DNA of 32,000 bases from Candidatus Kuenenia stuttgartensis. Lineage in GTDB: Bacteria; Planctomycetota; Brocadiia; Brocadiales; Brocadiaceae. Shown in pieces: positions 9,100 through 18,148 of the stretch; position 1 is the stretch's first letter; the number at the start of each line of letters is the position of its first letter. A program made the translations under genes and the position numbers. The DNA lies in NCBI RefSeq assembly GCF_900232105.1, contig NZ_LT934425.1, forward strand, positions 540,001 to 572,000, given 5' to 3'. The notes beneath the pieces were generated by a model. That model ran no database searches, was not told where the DNA came from, and worked only from the letters and a program-made list of their open reading frames with translations.

Positions 9100-12000
9100 T
9101 TATTGAGTTAATGTCTGGAACCACAGATTGGACATAGACCTGTACCCAATTCCATTTGGATGGAGTGTGTCCGCATATTCGTCTTCATAGCGACGACGTT
9201 CTGTTGGCAAATCTAAATAGTTAAAATAACTGTAGAAATCAGGAGGAATTATGAGAATATTGTTACTGAAATTACTTTTTAATTCATCGATGACCTGATT
9301 ATACTCTTTAATCAATATATTTCTTGGCGCCTTGTCAGGGTCATGATAAGTTCCGGAACTGTCTCCTAAAGCGATTGGCACTTTTGCTAAACAGACTTTC
9401 TGACCTGCAGCATTTATTGCCTCTGAAATTTTTTGCATATTATCTTTAAAAGTCCCGGGATATCCGGGATCACCAGGATTCAAACCCAGCCCGCTTGGGA
9501 TGGGTAACCCTAGCGGATTAGCATCATTTGTTCCATACTGAACCAAACATCCACTAGCGTTGGGATGTCTTAGAAGCATTCTATTAATAGAAGAAGCTCC
9601 ATCAGGTGAGGTAGACCCCCCAACTCCTTCATTAAAAACAGTGTGTGGATACCCTCTCGCCGCTGTAAGTAAATTATTTAATATTGGTGGGTAACCACCT
9701 CCCGCATTTCGCCCATCTTGTGAAGTGTCGTCAGAAACGTCATCGTCTCCAATTCCTATTGTAATACCATCTCCCATTCCCCAATAATAATCACCAATGC
9801 CAATTTGCACTCTTTTATCGTGTGCATACTCTCCGGGAATTTTATTACCCTCAGCATCCACAACAAAAGCATCCATTACATATTCACCCCGAGAAAGGTT
9901 TGTAAATACAACTTCATAAGGCGCTGTGTAATCGCGGATACTTTGCGCATAAGCAGTTCCGCTATCGAGCACAAAGAGAATTCCCTGATTTTGCTGTAAA
10001 TTGTTGGTTTCCGCCTGAACAGAGAGATCTGAATTTTCCTGTAAATAATAATTATCGGGTGTAGTAATCCTCACAAGCGGCGTTGTGTCAGGCGTTGTAG
10101 TGTTATAAAATCTTAAGGACAATACCTCCACGGCGCTAAGCGCCCGGTTGTAAACCAGAACCTCGTCTATCTTACCGTCCATATGGCCATAATTAGAAGT
10201 TGATGCCCCTATAGCCATATATGATGCTGCTGTATATGGCACTATGGTATTTCCCGCCGGGTGTGTTTGTGTATCAACGAGTTGCCCATCTACATATAAT
10301 TTCTGTTCACCTGTAGTTTTGTTGTAAGTGCCGGCAACGTGATACCACTTGCCAGTCGAGGTGACCAAGTCATTGGTTGCGTGCTTTTGCGTTTTCGTAC
10401 CTTCGGATGTTTTAGTGGTTAAAATAAATCTTATGGTGTTTCCCGAAGCGCTATACTGATCAAAATATAATCCATATCCTTGCCCTCCCGAATTCCAGGA
10501 CCAACCTCCAAAAATAGTATCTGGCGCTACCGTATCTACTGAATATCTGTAAAACCACGCAGAAACCGAAATTTCGTCATAATTTAAAGGCGGAATCGAT
10601 ACATAAGTACTTTCGCCGTTAAAACTCAGTGCCCTTCCGAATTTCCCTGTAGTCCATGTGGATCCGGTAAAACCTGTAATTGTGCCGTTTTTATTATTAT
10701 CCGAAAAATCCGTTGCAATCGCTCCAGTACCTTCATCAAATGCATAGTGGGCCTGCTGACCACCTGTCTCTTCACTCAAGCTCATGGTAATCGTCGCTGT
10801 GCCGTACATATAGTCCGTAGTAAAACGCCATATATAGTCAGATGCCATCGCATTGCCTGTCAGATCCTTTACCCCAGTGATAATCATAGCCGTGTAGGTG
10901 GTGGAAGAGGACAGGTTGCCCGACGGGATAAAAGTGGCAGTCGTCCCGCTGTACGATACCGTTCCATCTATAGTATCGATCCCGTCACTCACCAGAAATG
11001 TGGACAGTGTTATGCTGCCGGCATCCATCTCCTCATTAAATGTCGCCGTTATCACACTATCTACCGCTACACCTGTCGCACCACTTGCAGGACTCCATGC
11101 ACTCACCTCCGGTGGTGTTTTGTCGGGAATTACAGTGTTGCTAAATAAGGACAACACCGCCTGGTCACTCTTGTTAAACAAAGACAACACCTCCTGGTCG
11201 CTCAGAGCCCGATTGTAAACCCGAACCTCGTCGACCTTACCGTCCATATAACCATTATTAACCCTTGAATACCCTATCCTCATATCTGAATAGGACGTCA
11301 GTGGCACTATTGTGTTCCCCGCAGGATGGAGTTGGGTATTAACTAGCTGTCCATCTACATATAGCTTCTGTTCTCCTGTAGTTTTATTATACGTACCTGC
11401 AGCGTAATGCCAATTACCAACTGAATTGCTAAAACTATACGTTCCTGTCTTAGTTATCCTGGTTCCACTCACATTTTTTGACGTTAATATAAAATTAAGT
11501 GTGTTCGGGGAACTCTGATGAAATCGTAAATCAAAACCCTCCTGCTGTTGTAAGTTTGAACTCCATCTCCATCCACCGAATATGGCATCAGCGTTCGTCG
11601 TGTCATTTGCATTTTTATAAAACCACGCAGAAACCGAAATCTCGTCATAGTTTAAACGGGGAATCGATACATAATTGCTTGTACCGTTAAAACCCAAAGC
11701 ACCGCCGATTTTCCCTGTTTTCCATGTAGCTCCGGTAATTGTGCCATTTCTGTTATTACCTGACGAATCCGTTGCAGTCGCTCCCGTCCCTTCATCAAAT
11801 GCATAGTGTGCCTGCAGAGTTGAGTCAGGCGCTGCTCCCGTGGTAAAGCTCCAGACGTAATTAGCGGTCATACCATTGCCCGCCACATCCTTTACCCCGG
11901 TGGTAATCGTCGCCGTGTAGGTGGTGGATGATGACAGGTTGCCAGTCGGGGCAAACGTAGCAGTCGTACCGCTGTATGATACCGTCCCACCTATATTACT

Positions 12001-15000
12001 GCTCCCATCACTCACCAGAATGGTGGCCGTCGTTATGCTGTTTGCGTCCATCGCCTCGCTGAACGTACAGGTGATGGCACTGTTTACCGCCACCTCCGTA
12101 GCATCACTTACCGGACTCGTTGCAATCACCTCCGGCGGTGTCGTGTCGGGCGCTCCCGTGGTAAAGCTCCATGTGTAATTGGCCGCCACCGCATTGCCCG
12201 CCACATCCTTTACCCCGGTGGTAATCGTAGCCGTGTAGGTGGTGGAAGATGACAGGTTGCCAGACGGGGTAAACATGGCAGTCGTACCGCTGTACGATAC
12301 CCCCCCATCTATATTACTGCTCCCATCACTCACCAGAAAGGTGGACGGTGTTATGCTGCTCGCGTCCATAGCCTCGCTGAACGTGCAGGTGATGTCACTG
12401 TTTACCGCCACCTCCGTAGCATCACTTACCGGACTCGTTGCAATCACCTCCGGCGGTGTCGTGTCGGGCGCTCCCGTGGTAAAGCTCCATGTGTAATTGG
12501 CCGCCACCGCATTGCCCGCCACATCCTTTACCCCGGTGGTAATCGTAGCCGTGTAGGTGGTGGAAGATGACAGGTTGCCAGTCGGGGCAAACGTAGCAGT
12601 CGTACCGCTGTATGATACCGTCCCACCTATATTACTGCTCCCATCACTCACCAGAATGGTGGCCGTCGTTATGCTGTTTGCGTCCATCGCCTCGCTGAAC
12701 GTACAGGTGATGTAACTGTTTACCGCCACCTCCGTAGCATTACTTACCGGACTCGTTGCAATCACCGTCGGCGGTGTCGTGTCTGGACTTACAGTGTCAT
12801 TAAACAAAGACAACACCTCCTGGTCGCTCAGAGCCCGATTGTAAACCCGAACCTCGTCGACCTTACCGTCCATATAACCATTATTAACCCTTGAATACCC
12901 TATCCTCATATCTGAATAGGACGTCAGTGGCACTATTGTGTTCCCCGCAGGATGGAGTTGGGTATTAACTAGCTGTCCATCTACATATAGCTTCTGTTCT
13001 CCTGTAGTTTTATTATACGTACCTGCAGCGTAATGCCAATTACCAACTGAATTGCTAAAACTATACGTTCCTGTCTTAGTTATCCTGGTTCCACTCACAT
13101 TTTTTGACGTTAATATAAAATTAAGTGTGTTCGGGGAACTCTGATGAAATCGTAAATCAAAACCCTCCTGCTGTTGTAAGTTTGAACTCCATCTCCATCC
13201 ACCGAATATGGCATCAGCGTTCGCCGTGTCATTTGCATTTTTATAAAACCACGCAGAAACCGAAATCTCGTCATAGTTTAAACGGGGAATCGATACATAA
13301 TTGCTTGTACCGTTAAAACCCAAAGCACCGCCGATTTTCCCTGTTTTCCATGTAGCTCCGGTAATTGTGCCATTTCTGTTATTACCTGACGAATCCGTTG
13401 CAGTCGCTCCCGTCCCTTCATCAAATGCATAGTGTGCCTGCAGAGTTGAGTCAGGCGCTGCTCCCGTGGTAAAGCTCCAGACGTAATTAGCGGTCATACC
13501 ATTGCCCGCCACATCCTTTACCCCGGTGGTAATCGTCGCCGTGTAGGTGGTGGATGATGACAGGTTGCCAGTCGGGGCAAACGTAGCAGTCGTACCGCTG
13601 TATGATACCGTCCCACCTATATTACTGCTCCCATCACTCACCAGAATGGTGGCCGTCGTTATGCTGTTTGCGTCCATCGCCTCGCTGAACGTACAGGTGA
13701 TGGCACTGTTTACCGCCACCTCCGTAGCATCACTTACCGGACTCGTTGCAATCACCTCCGGCGGTGTCGTGTCGGGCGCTCCCGTGGTAAAGCTCCATGT
13801 GTAATTGGCCGCCACCGCATTGCCCGCCACATCCTTTACCCCGGTGGTAATCGTAGCCGTGTAGGTGGTGGAAGATGACAGGTTGCCAGACGGGGTAAAC
13901 ATGGCAGTCGTACCGCTGTACGATACCCCCCCATCTATATTACTGCTCCCATCACTCACCAGAAAGGTGGACGGTGTTATGCTGCTCGCGTCCATAGCCT
14001 CGCTGAACGTGCAGGTGATGTCACTGTTTACCGCCACCTCCGTAGCATTACTTACCGGACTCGTTGCAATCACCTCCGGCGGTGTCGTGTCGGGCGTTGT
14101 AGCGTTGTTAAATAAGGACAAAACCTCCTGGCCACTCAACGCCCGGTTGTAGATACGGACGTCGTCTATACTTCCACGGAAAAAACCAAAATTGGTATAC
14201 CTGCTTCCTATGGCCATGTAATTCCGCCCCGTTAATGGCACTATAACATTCCCCGATGGATGTGTTTGTGTATCCGCCAACTGCCCGTCCACATATAACT
14301 TCTGTTCTCCCGTAGTCTTGTTGTATGTACCAACAACATGATACCAACTCCCATTCGAATCGGTAAAATCCTTTGTTGCATCTTTTACTGTCCTTGTCCC
14401 GCTTGTATTCCTTGTGACCACGACAAACCGAAGTCTGTTGGGCGTACCCGAATTAAAATACAAGTCAAATCCTTCCTGCAATTGCACATCAGCATTATAT
14501 ATAAAACCACCAAATATAACGCTAGTGCCGGATGCATTTTTATTGAACCATGCAGATACTGAAATCTCATCATAATTCATACTAGGAATTGTTACATAAT
14601 CATTCCCGTCAAAATTCAATGCGCCACCGATTTTTCCTGTTGTCCATGTGGCTCCTGTACCGGTAATTGTGCCATTTCTGTTATTACCTGACGAATCCGT
14701 TACAGTCACTCCAGTACCTTCATCAAATGCATAGTATGCCTGAAGAGTTGCGTCAAGCACTGCTCCCGTGGTAAAGCTCCAGACGTAATTAGCGGCCATA
14801 CCATTGCCCGCCACATCCTTTACCCCGGTGGTAATCGTCGTCGTATAGGTGGTGGATGATGACAGGTTGCCAGTCGGGGCAAACGTAGCAGTCGTACCGC
14901 TGTATGATACCGTCCCACCGATATTACTGCTCCCATCACTCACCAGAATGGTGGCCGTTGTTATGCTGTTTGCGTCCATCGCCTCGCTGAACGTACAGGT

Positions 15001-18000
15001 GATGGCACTGTTTACCTCCACCTCCGTAGCATTACTTATCGGACTCGTTGCACTCACCGTCGGCGGTGTCGTGTCGGGCGCTCCCGTGGTAAAACGCCAG
15101 ACGTAATTGGCGGTCATACCATTGCCCGCCACATCCTTTACCCCGGTGGTAATCGTCGCCGTATAGGTGGTGGAATATGACAGAGAACCAAATGGCATAA
15201 ACATGGCCGTTTGATTGACATAATACACAATTCCACTTACAGTAGCGATCCTGTCACTCACCAGAAATGTGGACGGTGTTATGCTGTTTGCGTACATCTC
15301 CTCGCTGAATGTACAGGTGATGGCACTGTTTACCTCCACCTCCGCAGCATCACTTACCGGACTCGTTGCAATCACCGTCGGCGGTGTCGTGTCGGGCACT
15401 CCCGTGGTAAAACTCCAGACGTAATCGCCTGTCATCCCATTGCCCACCACATCCTTTACCCCTGTGGTAATCGTAGCCGTGTAGGTGGTGGATGAAGACA
15501 GGTTGCCAGTCGGGGCAAACGTGGCAGTCGTACCGCTGTATAATATCGCCCCACCTATATTACCGCTTCCATCACTCACCACAAAGGTGGACGATGTTAT
15601 GCTGCTTGCGTCCATCTCCTCGCTGAACGTACAGGTGATGGCACTGTTTATCTCCACCTCCGTAGCATCACTTACCGGACTCGTTGCACTCACCTCCGGC
15701 GGTGTTGTGTCGGGCGTTGTAGCGTTGTTAAATAAGGACAAAACCTCCTGGCCACTCAACGCCCGGTTGTATATCTGGACGTCGTCGATGAGTCCGTTGA
15801 ACGCTATAGAGGTACCGGCTAGCGCACCTATGCTTAATGGCACATCATTAAGTATAGAGGCGGAAAGATTGTTTCTAGTTACTGTTCCGTTGGACAGATT
15901 GCCGTCAATATAGATGTTAACACCACTAGCGAGTGATGTTCCATCGTAGGTAAAAGCAACGTGGTGCCATACATTGTCGTCAACCTGGATGGCGCTATCT
16001 TTTACGATTCCATTAGAGGGAGAATTCCATTTATTAGTAAGGAATACACGCAACGAGCCGGGTTCAACATAAAAAGACCAACCAGTATAAGAAGGCGCAG
16101 CTCCATCTTTACTAACTATTGGGTTTTCAAGCGTAGTAGGAGCCAGCTTAATCCACGCCGAAACGGAGAAACTGTTTGTGCGTTCAAAGTCAAATGGGGT
16201 ATCTGCTGTACTCACATAATCATTCACCCCGTCAAAGGAGAGGGCGTTGCTGATTTTACCAGTTGTCCAGACAGGACCATTGATTAGAACGCCGTTGTTG
16301 CCATTGCCTGAAGAATCTGCGGCGTTTGTTCCAGAGCTCTCGTCAAAACGATAGTAGGCGACCTGCGGAGTCGTATCGGATATAGTAAATGCGTTGCTCA
16401 CGGCTGACATCAATCCGGCACTCGTTGCCGTCAGGTTCTTTGAACCCGCAAGATCGATGCTCAAACCACTAAACGTTGCAAGGCCGCTTGCATTCGTTTT
16501 CTGCACTGCCGTACCGCTGAGCACTCCTGTCCCTGAAGACAATGATATCGTAACCGAAACGTCGGAAGTGTATACATTGTTACCGCTATCATCCTGTAAC
16601 TGTACCGTCACCGCAGGACTAATTGCGGCTCCTGCCGTTGTGTTCGTAGGCTGTTGGACAAATGCCACCTTCGTTGCCGTTCCTGCAATGGCGATGGCAC
16701 TATTCATTACGGAAAACACATCTGTATTATCAAGGTAAGGACCGCGAACAGAATCGATATTAATTGCGTAATGTACAAAAAGCTCCGAGCCTGTACCTCT
16801 TGCATATAATGGAACCAGTGAGTTTGTGTGATTTCCAGAATTCCAGTACCAGTATACTGTCTCACCGGTATCAATTAGGTAGTTACTATTTGCGTCCTCC
16901 CAACTCGCCTTCCGCCCGCCGGTATTATAGACTATTTTCTCTTTGGAAAGAGTTGTAGAATCCACATTGCCAAGAGGCTGATCAGCCAATATCCCTGGCC
17001 CTGCAGTCAGATACCCAGTTTCATGATCAGCAGTTACAATAACCAGAGTATTGTTCCATGTGGCGTCATTGCCAGTATCATTTACCCAATCAGTTACAGT
17101 CTGAATAGCATTATAAAAGTCTTTCGCTTCACCGATCATCTGATTCATGTTATTTGCATGAGATGCCCAGTCAATAGCACCTCCTTCTACCATTAGCACA
17201 AAACCGTTCGGGTTTCTGCTCAGCACCTTAACTGTCGCCAATACACTCTCGGAAAGGGTGGGATTATCTGAATTATACCCCCCGCCATTTGCATTGTGAT
17301 ATACTTGATTAAATAAACCGGCTAATTTCAAAGTGGAAGATGTATTCGCGGCAGACATCAAGGCATTACCGCCGTTAACACCTGTCTTCCGCTCAACCAA
17401 AACATGCTTTCCCGCCTGGCCGCTTTCGGTTCTTAACTTGTTCAATATCTGGTCGCTTATGTAATTTGTGACGTTACCGCCAATCATAACATCCGCAGGA
17501 GGCATAGTTGAACCATGGCCTCCTCCGTATTTTGTATTAGTAGTAACTGAACCGGTGGTATTAGGATTTCCAAAAAACCCCTCGTCTGCTATGGCAAAAG
17601 TATTTATGCGAGAGTCATTATGAGCTACCCACGCCCCTGGTGTGGCATGTGATGCAGGAACCGTGCTAATTGCACCAACTGCTTTTCCTAATTCTTTCGC
17701 TCTCTCCCCAATGGTAAACAATCTTGTTGAACCATCTGAAGAGACAGACATCCGTCCGAGAGAAGTTTTAGAACCACTATAAATAGCTGAAGCAGTGCAA
17801 GCGCTATCCTGAGTATCAGGAGTAGTATTTACATAATCAAAATCGGACCACGCCTCCGTCGTATTATAGCTGCCCCCTTCAGGGAAGGTGGATACCATAT
17901 ATTTAACCCATGGGGGCCCTGATTGATATAAAGGCGCGGTGTCGCCGTTGTATTTATTTACTGCCTCAATATGTTTAGAGCCAAATCCGTCCCCTATAAA

Positions 18001-18147
18001 TAAAATAATATATTTTGCATTTCCACCGTGCGCAAATCCACCGCCGGCCAGAATGAGTAAAACCAAGGCAAATAAAATAATACCTAGGGCTTTTTGGGAG
18101 AATTGTCTTACCCACTTTTGTTTTCTGTAACGGCTGTTATGCGTCAT
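9100..18147 (-). CDS. Giant modular exported protein: alkaline phosphatase + Ig-like/LamG array + C-terminal SGNH/GDSL-hydrolase-like domain
   Basis: 3015 aa with signal peptide. Alkaline phosphatase motifs: FIGDGFG, QDSACTAS, PASHATPGAWVAH, EGGAIDWASHANN, VTADHETGYLT, NHTNSLVPLYARG. Nine TPPxVxAxSPxSxATxVxVNS...GxAMxxxYxWxFTTG Ig-like units. Five LamG-like units (YAFDEGTG...YVDGQL...IDDVRIYNRALS). C-terminal YGTND and DTLHPNGIGY motifs. Confidence 0.9.
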   Translation of the reverse strand: MTHNSRYRKQKWVRQFSQKALGIILFALVLLILAGGGFAHGGNAKYIILFIGDGFGSKHIEAVNKYNGDTAPLYQSGPPWVKYMVSTFPEGGSYNTTEAWSDFDYVNTTPDTQDSACTASAIYSGSKTSLGRMSVSSDGSTRLFTIGERAKELGKAVGAISTVPASHATPGAWVAHNDSRINTFAIADEGFFGNPNTTGSVTTNTKYGGGHGSTMPPADVMIGGNVTNYISDQILNKLRTESGQAGKHVLVERKTGVNGGNALMSAANTSSTLKLAGLFNQVYHNANGGGYNSDNPTLSESVLATVKVLSRNPNGFVLMVEGGAIDWASHANNMNQMIGEAKDFYNAIQTVTDWVNDTGNDATWNNTLVIVTADHETGYLTAGPGILADQPLGNVDSTTLSKEKIVYNTGGRKASWEDANSNYLIDTGETVYWYWNSGNHTNSLVPLYARGTGSELFVHYAINIDSVRGPYLDNTDVFSVMNSAIAIAGTATKVAFVQQPTNTTAGAAISPAVTVQLQDDSGNNVYTSDVSVTISLSSGTGVLSGTAVQKTNASGLATFSGLSIDLAGSKNLTATSAGLMSAVSNAFTISDTTPQVAYYRFDESSGTNAADSSGNGNNGVLINGPVWTTGKISNALSFDGVNDYVSTADTPFDFERTNSFSVSAWIKLAPTTLENPIVSKDGAAPSYTGWSFYVEPGSLRVFLTNKWNSPSNGIVKDSAIQVDDNVWHHVAFTYDGTSLASGVNIYIDGNLSNGTVTRNNLSASILNDVPLSIGALAGTSIAFNGLIDDVQIYNRALSGQEVLSLFNNATTPDTTPPEVSATSPVSDATEVEINSAITCTFSEEMDASSITSSTFVVSDGSGNIGGAILYSGTTATFAPTGNLSSSTTYTATITTGVKDVVGNGMTGDYVWSFTTGVPDTTPPTVIATSPVSDAAEVEVNSAITCTFSEEMYANSITPSTFLVSDRIATVSGIVYYVNQTAMFMPFGSLSYSTTYTATITTGVKDVAGNGMTANYVWRFTTGAPDTTPPTVSATSPISNATEVEVNSAITCTFSEAMDANSITTATILVSDGSSNIGGTVSYSGTTATFAPTGNLSSSTTYTTTITTGVKDVAGNGMAANYVWSFTTGAVLDATLQAYYAFDEGTGVTVTDSSGNNRNGTITGTGATWTTGKIGGALNFDGNDYVTIPSMNYDEISVSAWFNKNASGTSVIFGGFIYNADVQLQEGFDLYFNSGTPNRLRFVVVTRNTSGTRTVKDATKDFTDSNGSWYHVVGTYNKTTGEQKLYVDGQLADTQTHPSGNVIVPLTGRNYMAIGSRYTNFGFFRGSIDDVRIYNRALSGQEVLSLFNNATTPDTTPPEVIATSPVSNATEVAVNSDITCTFSEAMDASSITPSTFLVSDGSSNIDGGVSYSGTTAMFTPSGNLSSSTTYTATITTGVKDVAGNAVAANYTWSFTTGAPDTTPPEVIATSPVSDATEVAVNSAITCTFSEAMDANSITTATILVSDGSSNIGGTVSYSGTTATFAPTGNLSSSTTYTATITTGVKDVAGNGMTANYVWSFTTGAAPDSTLQAHYAFDEGTGATATDSSGNNRNGTITGATWKTGKIGGALGFNGTSNYVSIPRLNYDEISVSAWFYKNANDTANADAIFGGWRWSSNLQQQEGFDLRFHQSSPNTLNFILTSKNVSGTRITKTGTYSFSNSVGNWHYAAGTYNKTTGEQKLYVDGQLVNTQLHPAGNTIVPLTSYSDMRIGYSRVNNGYMDGKVDEVRVYNRALSDQEVLSLFNDTVSPDTTPPTVIATSPVSNATEVAVNSYITCTFSEAMDANSITTATILVSDGSSNIGGTVSYSGTTATFAPTGNLSSSTTYTATITTGVKDVAGNAVAANYTWSFTTGAPDTTPPEVIATSPVSDATEVAVNSDITCTFSEAMDASSITPSTFLVSDGSSNIDGGVSYSGTTAMFTPSGNLSSSTTYTATITTGVKDVAGNAVAANYTWSFTTGAPDTTPPEVIATSPVSDATEVAVNSAITCTFSEAMDANSITTATILVSDGSSNIGGTVSYSGTTATFAPTGNLSSSTTYTATITTGVKDVAGNGMTANYVWSFTTGAAPDSTLQAHYAFDEGTGATATDSSGNNRNGTITGATWKTGKIGGALGFNGTSNYVSIPRLNYDEISVSAWFYKNANDTTNADAIFGGWRWSSNLQQQEGFDLRFHQSSPNTLNFILTSKNVSGTRITKTGTYSFSNSVGNWHYAAGTYNKTTGEQKLYVDGQLVNTQLHPAGNTIVPLTSYSDMRIGYSRVNNGYMDGKVDEVRVYNRALSDQEVLSLFNKSDQAVLSLFSNTVIPDKTPPEVSAWSPASGATGVAVDSVITATFNEEMDAGSITLSTFLVSDGIDTIDGTVSYSGTTATFIPSGNLSSSTTYTAMIITGVKDLTGNAMASDYIWRFTTDYMYGTATITMSLSEETGGQQAHYAFDEGTGAIATDFSDNNKNGTITGFTGSTWTTGKFGRALSFNGESTYVSIPPLNYDEISVSAWFYRYSVDTVAPDTIFGGWSWNSGGQGYGLYFDQYSASGNTIRFILTTKTSEGTKTQKHATNDLVTSTGKWYHVAGTYNKTTGEQKLYVDGQLVDTQTHPAGNTIVPYTAASYMAIGASTSNYGHMDGKIDEVLVYNRALSAVEVLSLRFYNTTTPDTTPLVRITTPDNYYLQENSDLSVQAETNNLQQNQGILFVLDSGTAYAQSIRDYTAPYEVVFTNLSRGEYVMDAFVVDAEGNKIPGEYAHDKRVQIGIGDYYWGMGDGITIGIGDDDVSDDTSQDGRNAGGGYPPILNNLLTAARGYPHTVFNEGVGGSTSPDGASSINRMLLRHPNASGCLVQYGTNDANPLGLPIPSGLGLNPGDPGYPGTFKDNMQKISEAINAAGQKVCLAKVPIALGDSSGTYHDPDKAPRNILIKEYNQVIDELKSNFSNNILIIPPDFYSYFNYLDLPTERRRYEDEYADTLHPNGIGYRSMSNLWFQTLTQ
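11174..12470 (-). repeat. Internal in-frame segmental duplication, copy A (LamG + Ig-like modules)
   Basis: Constant offset of 1626 nt (542 codons) to 12800..14096. Two SNPs recognised (11598 T vs 13224 C; 12423 C vs 14049 T). Confidence 0.85.
12800..14096 (-). repeat. Internal in-frame segmental duplication, copy B
   Basis: Near-identical to 11174..12470. Confidence 0.85.
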
Positions 18148-18148
18148 T

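Noticed and set aside
8635-9106. + strand ORFs at 8635..8877 and 8864..9106
   Set aside because: Antisense to the better supported 145-aa secreted protein gene with a signal peptide and AGGAGG.
11921-15106. Repeated + strand 85-aa ORFs (MVDDDRLPVGANVAVVPLYDTVPP...)
   Set aside because: They are antisense readings of the repeated Ig-like modules of the giant minus-strand gene, so their recurrence is explained by the duplication.
11174-15500. Possible CRISPR or tandem non-coding repeat array
   Set aside because: Repeats are long, divergent and in-frame protein domain modules; there are no short direct repeats with unique spacers.
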